A DNA stretch of 64,000 nucleotides from Eledone cirrhosa (lineage: Eukaryota). This document shows, piece after piece, positions 48,799 through 59,550 of the stretch. The stretch is taken from NCBI GenBank assembly GCA_964016885.1, contig OZ024741.1:168392001-168456000 (forward strand), in the 5' to 3' direction. A model generated the notes under the pieces. The model was not told where the DNA came from. It did no database searches and worked only from the letters and a program-made list of their open reading frames with translations. Each line of letters starts with the position of its first letter. The first letter of the stretch is position 1. A program made the translations under genes and the position numbers.

Positions 48799-49142
48799 AT
48801 GGAGGCACATGGCTTAGTGGTTAGAGCACTGGCCTTGCAATCGAAAGGTTGTGAGTTCAATTCTCAGACCGGGTGATGTGTTGTTTCCTTGAGCAAGACA
48901 CTTTATTTCACATTGCTCCAGTTTATTCAGCTGTAGAAATGATGATAGGACTGGGGTACATATCATTCCACTGCAAAGTGGTCGTGGAGGTGCCACGGCA
49001 AAAAGCACCCAGCTCTCACTGTAAATGAGGTTGGTGTTAGGAAGGGCATCCAGCTGTAGAAATCAAGCCACAGTCAGTTCCTGTCCCACCCTTGCAAGCA
49101 GGGAAAAGTGGACGTAAAATAATGATGATGATGAAATGATGA
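48799..49142 (+). mobile_element. SINE family B, full length
   Basis: Matches 7197-7530. Confidence 0.93.
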
Positions 49143-49625
49143 TATATATACATATATGTACATTTCATATGTGCATATACATTATATATATATATATGTG
49201 TGTGCGTGTTCATATATATTTATATATATGATATAAATGTACATATATAGATATATACACATACATAAACACACACAAATACATACGTACATTCATATAT
49301 ATATATATATATATGTACATTTTATATGTGCATATACACCGTATACATATATGTGTGTGTATGTGCGTGTTTATATATATTTATATATATGATATAAATG
49401 TACATATATAGATATATACACATACATAAACACACACAAATACATATGTACATTCATATATATATATATATATATACATATATGTACATTTTATATGTGC
49501 ATATACATTATATATATATATATGTGTGTGTGTGCGTGTTCATATATATTTATATATATGATATAAATGTACATATATAGATATATACACATAGATAAAC
49601 ACACAAATACATACGTACATTATTA
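49143..49625. repeat. Minisatellite built from compound microsatellite (~165 bp unit, about 3 copies)
   Basis: GTGCGTGTTCATATATATTTATATATATGATATAAATGTACATAT recurs at about 48744, 49201, 49362 and 49531. Confidence 0.85.
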
Positions 49626-50005
49626 CATACATATATATATACATACATACACATAAAGAATAAATTGAGAAATCAACATAAACAACATTAACTAACAGTT
49701 TGAATAGAGATAATTAAATTTACACATGAGTGCTGATGATACTATTGGAGGAAACAACACTAGATTTGGCCACTTTACACTCCTATGCTATCTCCATACA
49801 GATATATAGATGTTGAAATGTGCATTTGTAAAATTTGTAAATGTGTATGTATGCATGTATGGGCAGCGTGTAAACACACACATATACATACAAACACATG
49901 CACATACAAACACACACACACATAAATATATACATACATATAAATATATACATACATACATATATATATATATAAATGGATATATATAAATAAATATATA
50001 TATAT

Positions 50006-50680
50006 AAATGGAATAGAATGAAACGAAATTTCATTTCTCACCCTTAGTACGGCACTTACTTAAATGTAAGTATGTATGTATGTATACGTACATACATATA
50101 TGTATACAGACGTACAGTAGTATGTATATATATATATATACACATACGTGCACACATATATATATGCACGTATCGGTTTACTGAACATTTATTATAATGC
50201 TAGGTTTGTTTGTGTGGGTATGGTGTGGTGTGCGGTGGCCGGAAGCTGGGGAGTGCTCGACCGGAAGAGTGCCTAACCGGAAGGGTGCTTGGCCGGAAGG
50301 GTGCTCGACCGGAAGGGCCAGCAGATCGGTCTCTCTCTAGTGGTGACCAGGAACGGTGTGGACGCGAGTTTGGCAGCTCCCGGGTATTAATGAGTTGGAC
50401 GCACGTGGAAGAGGAGAAACCAGCCATGGGATTTAGCGGCGCCTATGAAAAGCGGTAAGTTTAATAGCTTTTTCTAACCACAGTTTGTTTGTAAACAAAC
50501 AAACAGCCCGAATTACGCCGTACAGTGTTTAGGCAACCACATCATTTCTCACTCTTAGTACGGCACTTACTTAAATGTAAGTATATATATGTGTGCATGT
50601 ATGTATATATATATATACATACTACTGTACGTCTGTATACATATATGTATGTACGTATACAGACATACATACTTATATAT
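50006..50680. mobile_element. Long-TIR foldback element (rearranged copy)
   Basis: Inverted arms 50068-50165 / 50582-50675 and the terminus AATGAAACGAAATTTCATTTC are shared with 57505-58008. Flanked by (TA)n. Confidence 0.75.
50213..50482 (+). mobile_element. Probable solo LTR (270 bp)
   Basis: Termini TGTGGGTA...TAACCACA with a 5 bp direct repeat GTTTG on both sides. It interrupts the foldback TIR, which resumes in register after it. Confidence 0.75.
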
Positions 50681-50753
50681 ATATACATATGTCCCAAGGC
50701 TCTGATACCATCAACACTATAAACACAGAGCTGGCATATCTAAGAACTGACTA

Positions 50754-50809
50754 ACTGCCTGATGAGGTCATAGCCATTCAATGGCTATCATCGAAATATA
50801 TATAGCAGT
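50754..50809 (+). ncRNA. Type I hammerhead ribozyme motif
   Basis: actgc-CTGATGA-ggtcatagcca ttcaa tggctatcatc-GAAA-tatata-TA-gcagt, then AATAAA at 50811. All core nucleotides are intact and stem II has one mismatch. Confidence 0.88.
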
Positions 50810-50850
50810 AAATAAAGGATTATGAGTTCATGCAATTGACTTATGTTTCG

Positions 50851-50904
<54 letters not shown>

Positions 50905-50935
50905 AAAATGTTCAAGACCCCAATATATATGTATG

Positions 50936-50993
<58 letters not shown>

Positions 50994-51124
50994 AAAATGT
51001 TCAAGACCCCAATATATATGTATGTATGTGTATGTATATATATATATATATCATCATCATCATCGTTTAATGTCCATCTTCCACGCTACCAAGGGTTATA
51101 TATATATATATATATATATGGTGG

Positions 51125-51478
51125 CTGCCAACTCGTTTTCGAGTACGGCCACTACTTTATATCCATGTAGGAGAACCCCTACTGATGCGCTGAACGAGTG
51201 TGACTTTTTAGTCCAGCCAGCGACTTGAAAACTCTGGTACAAACACTACACTTGTGACAATTATTGACACATAGTGCTGGGCCCATGGTACCATGTGATG
51301 ACAAGTGCAGAGAGATCTCCAGATATAAAGCAATGCCTGTGCCGTGAAGCTTTTATAGTTAGCAAAGGCACTGCACAAAGCCAGTCCCACTCTCTTAACC
51401 AAGATGATATTTATCAAAAAGAAGAACAAGTCAACATCATTGGATACCATCAGGGTTGCAGGTGTTATATCAGAGTTT
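51125..51478 (+). pseudogene. Possible PLE GIY-YIG fragment
   Basis: ORF 51274 contains CREAFIVSK...SLNQD (EA..I...LN.D motif). Flanked by (TA)n. Confidence 0.4.
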
Positions 51479-51647
51479 TATATATATATATATATATACA
51501 TACATACATACAGATATATTTATATATATATATATATCATCATTATCATCATCATGATTTTACGTCCGCTTTTGGGTGGGATATATATACATATAAATAT
51601 GTGCGTGTGTGTGTGTGTGTGATGTTTATATACTGATACAAAAAAAA

Positions 51648-51869
51648 GATATAGCTTATGTACTTCTACTATATAAAACTCTTACTGGAGATGTCCATTT
51701 GCATATAACGTGGGTCTGACTGGCTAGACTTAATTAGCAGCAGCACTAACATTTGAAAGACTTTATGTTAGTGATACTGCTAATTCAGTCTAGCTAATCA
51801 GGTCTGCTTTATATGCAAATTAGCATCAATAGCAGGTGTTTTATATGCAAAAAATATATGAGATATAGC
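51648..51869. repeat. Old imperfect ~220 bp palindrome (MITE-like)
   Basis: Arms pair across ~100 bp around a ~12 nt loop, e.g. TTAGCAGCAGCACTAACAT / ATGTTAGTGATACTGCTAA and ATTTGCATATAA / TTATATGCAAAT. Confidence 0.85.
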
Positions 51870-52404
51870 TTGTTATTGTCTCGGTATTGAATGATTAAAC
51901 ATAATTGATAAAAATATCCTGAAATATGTCTGGTATCCTCACATGACTATTGAAGAAACTGTGGCATGATCACAGCTTAAAACGTCAATAGCAAGAATTA
52001 TATGTTTATTTTACATAAACATTGTATATGCTTTAAAATACACCTCTCTCTCTCTCTCACCCACACACAGACATGTGTGCATGTATGTATGTATTTAAGT
52101 AATTCAATGCTACAACAAAAACAACATGGAGAAATGTGTTTCTTTGAGTAACTTCCACTTGAGGTGTTTCAAAGAAAAGGATAACTTCTGATAAGTGAAA
52201 ACCTAGGAGAGTTCTGGGTTTTAGGGGTAAGTAATTTGCAGAAAAGTAATCTGCAGAGAATTAATTTACAAAGAATAAACAAAAAAGATATAAAAGTTCA
52301 AGTGGGCCATCTCTACAAAAGGTAATTAGAAGTGTGAGGACAATGATTGAAAGAATGCAGAAGGGAGTTTAAGTATCTCTTGTTGGTAGAGATATTGTTT
52401 AGGA

Positions 52405-52690
52405 TCTTCTTCTTATCGTGTCCACAAGAGTGTCTGTTACAGAGCTTGGCTAGATGTGGTTCTGCCAAAGACGAACACATTGCTGTCCTTTCTCATTAAA
52501 ATTTGCCAAGTCCAATGCTCTGCAAGGGTGTTCCATCAGGGGCATATCAGGTGCTGTGATGCTGCAGTCTCTCACAACGTCCCCATCCTTTAAATATCCC
52601 CATTTTGCAAGATTGACTTTTGCACATCCAACAACAGATTTTAGTCTGTTGAGGCATTTCCACACTGCATATTTATTTTTAGAATAATCC
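52405..52690 (-). mobile_element. 3' end of an RTE/RTEX-like non-LTR element
   Basis: ORF 52450-52692 reads W..LNRLKS.VG.AK.NL.KWGY...DC, followed by the tail GGACACGATAAGAAGAAG. Confidence 0.7.
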
Positions 52691-53570
52691 ACCTTTCATC
52701 AGTGCATGAATTGCAAATTTACGATCCAATTCATATACAGTCTTGATTTTCCAGTATTTTCCATTTAATGAAGAAATCTTTACCCATGTCTTTGAGATTC
52801 CATACTTAGCTTACCAGTTTCATAATATTTCTTATGTCTGAAAGTCATTTCATGATTTAGAAAATGGTTCTTAAATTGACTCTCCGACATGCCTACGTAT
52901 GTCCAGGTTTCTTTCTATGATGTTGATTTGATGATGTGATTTCAGCCTCATATATTACAGTTAGGGTTTGATCAAGCAGGCATGAATTTAGCTTTTTACA
53001 TAAACATTCATAGGTTTGCAGACTCAGGTGTTTATTTAAGAGGTAGGATTTCATATTTCTGGTACAGGAATATTCTATTTTAACCATGTCACAGTTAAAT
53101 ATTTGGTGGCATTTATGTCCTAGAGGGAAATGTATGTTTATAAGTGCTGAAATTATTTTACCTACATTAGTTTTAATGTTAAGGAAGAAAGGTAGAGAAC
53201 CAGATTGCCGATTTGTGCCTTGGTTTTTTCCTGTTTTTTCTTAGGTAATGGTCTGGAGAGAGTAGGAAATTTTCTCTGAGAAACTGCCATTGTTTAACCC
53301 TTTAGCACTTAAACCGGCCGTATGCAGCCAGAATTTTCACACTTCTTTCTGTTCAAACCAGCTGTAACTGGCCACTCAGACTAATGTTAAGGGATTGTTC
53401 TCAAAATAAGTAATATCAAAATCATGTAGATTCAATATTATGTGAAATAATTATGTGAAATAAAGTGTTTACTATGAAAATGCAATAGTAAATATCGAGT
53501 GATGTAAATGCTAAATGGTTAAGGCTGTGTGATAATATGGGGCTGCCCTGTCAAAAATAGTTCATTGTAC
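52690..53570 (-). pseudogene. Penelope-like element remnant (Naiad-like), interrupted by MITE P1
   Basis: FDRAAPYY..AL|N....EKI.Y, IWF..P...NIKTNVGK, HFP.GHK.HQIFN...VKIEYSCTRNM, C.C....C.LD...VIY.A, YVG.SE..FK...NH. Confidence 0.8.
53294..53522 (+). mobile_element. piggyBac-type MITE P1 with duplicated TTAA
   Basis: TTAA on both sides. Removing the element restores the PLE reading frame (…YHTALNNGSF…). Confidence 0.88.
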
Positions 53571-53738
53571 TGTGTTGTTTGCTTTGTCATTTCTGTTTGC
53601 ATTTAGCATACATATACATATGTGAGTGTGTGTGTGTGTGTGCACAACATAAATTTCTGAAGGTAATCAACTCAATGTATTCTTACAGTCACCATACAAA
53701 GGAGCCTAGAAAAATGTTGAGTGAATGCACATGTAAAT

Positions 53739-53795
<57 letters not shown>

Positions 53796-54329
53796 TACAT
53801 ATACACACAAGCACATGTATGTTTGCATGTGTGCGTGTGCATAACAACATTTCAATGGTGTCAAATATTTATATACTATATGCTATATTTAGTTTCACTG
53901 TTATATTTCAGCCACTTCTATGTAACAAAATACTGAAATACTTTACTTCACAGAGATCAATCGTCTATAATCTAATCACTGTGTCCTATTGATATTATCA
54001 GAGATCAATACAGGTGAGAAAAGTGTGTGTGTAAACATGGAGGTTAAACTCAAAATTGATAAAATAATTATGAATGATAACAGAAACATTGAAGCCAGTA
54101 ATAAGTGAAAATCTTGTATAGAAAAAAGTTGCTATAAATAGGAGGAAAATATCTTATATATAAAAAACAGATATAAGCTGAGATATAAATGCTGCTGCAG
54201 TGTGCTGTCTAAGGTAGTACATATAGCCTGCTTTGTGTTATGGCCTGATTTCTCTACAATGTGTTAAGGTTAGGGTTAGATTTTGTAGTTGAAGTAGATT
54301 GCATGTTGGAATGTAAATGGATTGGTAGG

Positions 54330-54830
54330 TTGCACACTAGACTGTAAATGGCCAAAAAGACTACCTGCTGCACTGTAAATGATCAGATAGACCAGATAGT
54401 TTGCACACTGGACTGTAAATGATCAAAAAGACTGCCTGCTGCACTGTGAATGATCAGATAGACCAGATAATTTGCACACTGGACTGTAAATGGTCAAATA
54501 GACTGCCTACTGCACTGTAAATGATCAGATAGAGCAGATAGTTTGCATACTGGACTGTAAATGGTCAAATAGACTGCATGGTGCACAGTAAATGATTAGG
54601 CTGGCCAGATAGTTTTCACACTGGACTATGAATAACAACATACTTGACTATAAATGACAAGGTGAACTGCACACTGAACTGTAAATGTGAATATAAACCA
54701 TATACTGTATTGTAAATGATGAGGTAGACAGCACATTGGACTATAAAGAGCCATATAGATCACACACAAAACTATAAATGACCAAGTCAATTGCTTGCTG
54801 AACTGTACATGACCAAGTAGACTGCATGTA
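54330..54830. repeat. Tandem repeat, ~29-30 bp monomer with ~67 bp higher-order unit
   Basis: TGCACACTGGACTGTAAATG(A/G)(T/C)CAAATAGAC variants, homogeneous at the left end and decaying to the right. Confidence 0.9.
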
Positions 54831-55095
54831 AAAGTGGCACTGAAATATATATATGCTGGACCTCCATTAGTTCTGCCAATGTGGGTGTCCAGTTGACTTA
54901 GTCAATGGAACATCTTGCTCATGAAATTAATGTGCAAGTGACTGAGCATTCTATGAAAATGTGTACCCTTAACATAGTTCTCAACGAGATTCGGTGTGGC
55001 ACAGTGTGTGACAAAGCTGGCCCTTTTAGCTACACATGGAGTCCATCTTGTTTAGTAGTCTAAGTGTATGAGCATTTCACAAACATATATACCTT

Positions 55096-55524
55096 TGTAG
55101 TGACCTACATTCCGTGGGCTCATATACATTCTCTGTGTGTTATTTGGCTCAGCCCAGCCAATGACCGCTGGCGTAGGAGAATGTATCCCTACACACGCCC
55201 TGAGGAAAAAATTCCCGCGTCAGCTCAAAAAATCTCTCTCTTGCAGCTTGACCATGCTAAGGTAAAGACCACTTATTCTCTTGCTCCGTAAACACAAACA
55301 ACATGTAACGGTGAGATTTGCACTTTGGCCTGTCGGCCTTCCTTGGGCCTGGTACAATGCCACATTCCTTTCGTAACCCTTTTATGTTTAACTTCAACTA
55401 TACAACTAAACAAACATTACTTTGTGTTACAACAAATAAACATACATTTCATCTCTTATTTCTGCTGTTGACATCATTATTATGTTACTCGTGTCCCAAT
55501 TGCTTTTATATACTTCACTGCTAA
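55096..55524 (+). mobile_element. Possible solo LTR (~430 bp)
   Basis: Begins TGTAGTGA and ends TCACTGCTAA, flanked by the direct repeat ACCTT. Contains CCAAT (~55151) and AATAAA (55435). Sits within SINE-like sequence. Confidence 0.55.
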
Positions 55525-56510
55525 ACCTTTATGTAGTTCTCAGTGTGATTTAGCATGACAATGTGTGACTAGTCTGGCCCTTTGAATTACAGGTGTAACT
55601 TGGTTTTTAACAGCTGAGGGGACTGAAGCAATGTGAAATAAAGTGTCTTGCAGAAGGATACAACAAACCACTGGGAATCAAACTTGCAACTTTACAACTG
55701 TGAGTCAAACACCCTAACCACTAAGCTTCGCTATATAAGGTAAATTTAAGAACAGAAAATACAAAATATCCAACTCAAAATAAAAACAATATTAAACAAT
55801 ATGAAAATTATAAACTAAGAAATGTAAGTAACAAGCAAATTGATCTGTTATTTAAGAAGAAAGTGACAATACCATGACATTTCTCAATGACATTAGTGAT
55901 GGAATAAAAATAATTCGATCGAAAATCAAAACTATGTCACAGACTTGATTCTGATGTTTGACAGAAAAAGGTATTTAAATTGAGTGAAGGCACATGGCTT
56001 AGTGGTTAGTGTAAAGTCATATGTTCAATTCCTTGCAGTACATTGTGTCCTTGAACAAGTTACTTTATTTAACATTGCTTCTATCCATTCAGCTGTTAAA
56101 GTTGTACCAGTAATTTAAAGGGCTAGCCTTTTCATACATTGTCATAGATTGCTGAATCTTTCTAAGAACAAGAGTAAGAGCATACGTAACGATAGAATGA
56201 TCAACCACTTTTTACTATAATACAAAAAGGAGTGTATATGTAATTCAAGGGGCCAACGTACTCACACGCTGTGTCACACTGAAATTCTGTAAAGTCCAAC
56301 AACAGCAAAATGTTCAAATTAAGATAAATATGTTAATAATGTTATTCAAGTTAAGCAACAGTTGACATAAACAAGACCATTAACTTGCTAGAGAGCATTG
56401 AGTAAAATGCCATGTGGTATTTAGTTATAGCTCTGTATGTTCTGTATCAAATCCCACCAAAGACAACTTTGCTATTTCATCCTTACACAGTTGATAAAAT
56501 AAAGTACTGT

Positions 56511-56720
56511 TTAACCCTTTAGCATTTAAACCAGCCATATCCGGTCAGAATTCTCTCACGTCTCTCTGTTCAAACTGGATGTAACTTGCTACTTATACTG
56601 ATGTTAAGGCACTGTTCTCAAAATAGATAATATCAAAATCTCATAGATTCGATATTATGTGAGATAATTATGTGTGGTAAAGTGTTTACCGTGAAAATAC
56701 AATAGTAAATAAAGGGTTAA
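56511..56720 (+). mobile_element. piggyBac-type MITE P1
   Basis: TTAACCCTTTAGCATTTA...AAAGGGTTAA with a small subterminal deletion. Confidence 0.85.
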
Positions 56721-57041
56721 CTATATAGTTAGCTTTCTTCTTCTTTTGAAAGGCAAAGTTGAAATCAACTGGATTTGAACTTTGAACTCAGAGTGCAGAA
56801 CCAAGAACAAATACAAAGTCATTATATCTGACTTGCTAATGCCTCTGTCACTTTGTTGTTTTTGATTCCATTAGACATTGAAATGTCTTTCTGTTTACAT
56901 TTGGCAGTAATACGATTATCAATCTTTTCCACCGAATAAATTGTGTTATTCCATGAAACACACTCCATTGAACTGTTAAATTAAGGACTATCTCGTTATC
57001 TATTTTCGGATGCTAATTATAAATATTTATATATATATATA

Positions 57042-57395
57042 AATACACCCCGTCCCACCACCCCCACCCCATCCACACCACCCCGTTCTATGTAAAGTTA
57101 TGTTGGTGCCGCGCCATCCAGGCCGAAACAAATGAGATCGTGTAGGTGTCACGACAAAAAAACACACAGTCCACGCTGTAATGTGGCCGTGTAGGCAACA
57201 CGGTAAAAACCTCCCAGTCCCACACTGTAAATGTGGTTGGTGTTAGGAAGGGCATCCAACTGTAGAAAACCTGCCAGACAGTCCTATGCGAGCAAGACAA
57301 TCACTCTTGCCTCAAGTGGGACTACCCCCGTCCAAACCCATGCAAGCGTGGAACACGGACGTTAAACGTTGATGATGATGATGATGATGATGATA
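57042..57395 (+). mobile_element. RTE LINE 3' UTR fragment
   Basis: Near-identical to 13800-14270 but lacks the tandem duplication. (GAT)n tail. Confidence 0.92.
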
Positions 57396-57504
57396 TAGTA
57401 ATAATAATAAATGTGAAGATCCCGTTAAGGGTGAAAGCAGTGATTCTTTGCTTAAACTTTAATCTGTTATTTTAATAAATATACATATATATATATATAT
57501 ATAT

Positions 57505-58007
57505 ATATGTATACGTACATACATATATGTATACAGGCGTACAGTAGTATGTATATATATATACATACATGCACACATATATACATGTACATTATAATGC
57601 TCGGTGTGTTTGTAAACAAACATCCCGTATTAAGTCGTAGGCTTAGTAATATGCATAAGGAAAGTATATACTTTTGGACGTTCAACCATCTGGCAGGAAG
57701 GTATACGTTGCTGACGATAGCTAACAAGCTTGAAACTAGTACAGCGTTCCTTTGTCAGTGTTGAACAAACGAGCAACGGTGATTGCTAGACACTACGGCT
57801 TAATACAGGATGTTTGTTTACAAACACACCGAGCATTATAATAAATGTTTGGTGAATCCATACGTACATATATATATGTGTGCATGTATGTATATATATA
57901 TACTACTGTACGTCTGTATACATATATGTATGTACGTGTACATACTTATATTTAAGTAACAGCCGTACTAAGAGTGGGAAATGAAATTTCGTTTCATTTT
58001 TTCCGTT

Positions 58008-58008
<1 letters not shown>
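57505..58008. mobile_element. Long-TIR foldback element
   Basis: Inverted arms 57505-57650 / 57782-57945 (e.g. ATTATAATGCTCGGTGTGTTTGTAAACAAACATCC and its reverse complement) around a ~130 bp core, inside (TA)n. Confidence 0.8.
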
Positions 58009-58047
<39 letters not shown>

Positions 58048-58134
58048 AGTCCCAGGTTTAATCGGGGGTAACTACAGTAAGTAAAGTACTCAATTCATTA
58101 GTAGAGTGTAAACATCATGTTTAATATAGAAATG

Positions 58135-58232
58135 GGTTCTACAGGACTAGAACTGTTTCATTCAAAAGAAATCACCAGGAAGACTTTCCTGATGATTGTT
58201 TTTTTATTAAACAGTTCTAGTCTTGTAGAAGC
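58135..58232. other. ~45 bp-stem hairpin
   Basis: TTCTACAGGACTAGAACTGTTT...AGGAA pairs with TTCCT...AAACAGTTCTAGTCTTGTAGAA. The outer 22 bp are uninterrupted (one G-U). Confidence 0.85.
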
Positions 58233-59000
58233 CTACCACTGTGACCCCCTCTACCTGTTTTGCTCGATCTGTAGTCCCTCCACGCTTTCATATCAACTCT
58301 CACCTTCTCTCTCTTCCCCTTTTTCCTCTCCCCCCTCTCTCTCTCTCTACATCTGTTCATTTTCGATCGTTTACGACATGTTTCACACATGTCGTAAAAC
58401 TCCTCTGGTTTCGATCGTTTACGACATGTTTTACAACTGTTGTAAAACTCTTTTTCCCTTTCTCCCTCTCACTTCCGGTTGCTCTGACTCTCTCTCTACC
58501 CTCACTTCGATTGAGTTTGCACAGTACTTCTGGTGTTATCGCACCACCAGACTTAAGTCTAATTAATTCGTTATAACTTACTCTATTTTATTTTTTTCTT
58601 AGTTACTCACTTGCATGCTCCATTGTCCTGTGTCCCCCCACCATTTGGTCTATTTACCTATTTTTTTCTCTTTCTTCCACTCTCCTCACTACTTTTCCCT
58701 TTTTTTCTTCTTTTTTTTCTTTTGTCCCTCCTGGCCTTTTGATCGATAAAAGGCCTTGGGCACGCCGCTGTATTAAGCACTCAAACATCTATAATCTCGG
58801 TTTACAGCTGATGAAGGATTTCTTCTCTTGTTTCATCCATATTACCATCTTAAACTATATATATAAGACTGATATTTTTCAACTTGAACAGTTAGGACAA
58901 TAGTAAATATAGGAGACTTCACATTTATGATATGCATATATATATGTATATGTAAACAAATTAACTCAAAAATAGAGTTTTGAGATGTGAGTGTATTAGG

Positions 59001-59550
59001 ATTCTCAGGAAAATGGGAAAACTCGCCGTATGGAAGCTGTTAGAACTGCAAAATGCTGTCGAAACGGCGTTGGGTAAAATATTACCTTGAAGGACAGAAA
59101 TCAGCAGATCGATGTGTGTTGGCTTGAAGGATGGAAGAGAAGATGGGAAGGAGGAAAAAAGAATGGATGAAAGCGAACAAATCACAAATACTAGAATATG
59201 CTTATTGGATCTTAACCTCCTGCAGTTTCAATGAATTGATTAGATTACTGCGGAGAATAGGAGCTTTGTAACGGAGAAACAAATATCTTCATTCATATAG
59301 CGTTTGAGTTGAGACAGGTTAGAGAGAGAGAGAAAGATGGAGTGCATCTGATCGACCCCAAGTTGCCGTGAGAAAGGAAGAATATTGGCGTAAGTAGAGC
59401 TGCCCTGTAGAAGGGAGAGAGGGAAAAGAAGAAGGTAACAGTGGCAGAGAGAGGGGGAAACATAGGGAGCAGTGACTTGGGTCGATCAGACGCACTCCAT
59501 CTTTCTCTCTTCAGCTTCCATGCACTGAGTTTTCCCATTTTCCTGAGAAT
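59001..59550. repeat. Nested inverted duplication
   Basis: 59512-59550 mirrors 59001-59039, and the adjacent 59472-59510 mirrors 59327-59366. Confidence 0.85.

Noticed and set aside
51736-51757. TAGCAGCA start resembling the miR-15/16 seed
   Set aside because: Only 8 nt match, the rest differs, and the family is not expected in the inferred lineage.
58808-58856. CTGATGAAGG possible hammerhead
   Set aside because: No intact GAAA and no convincing stems.
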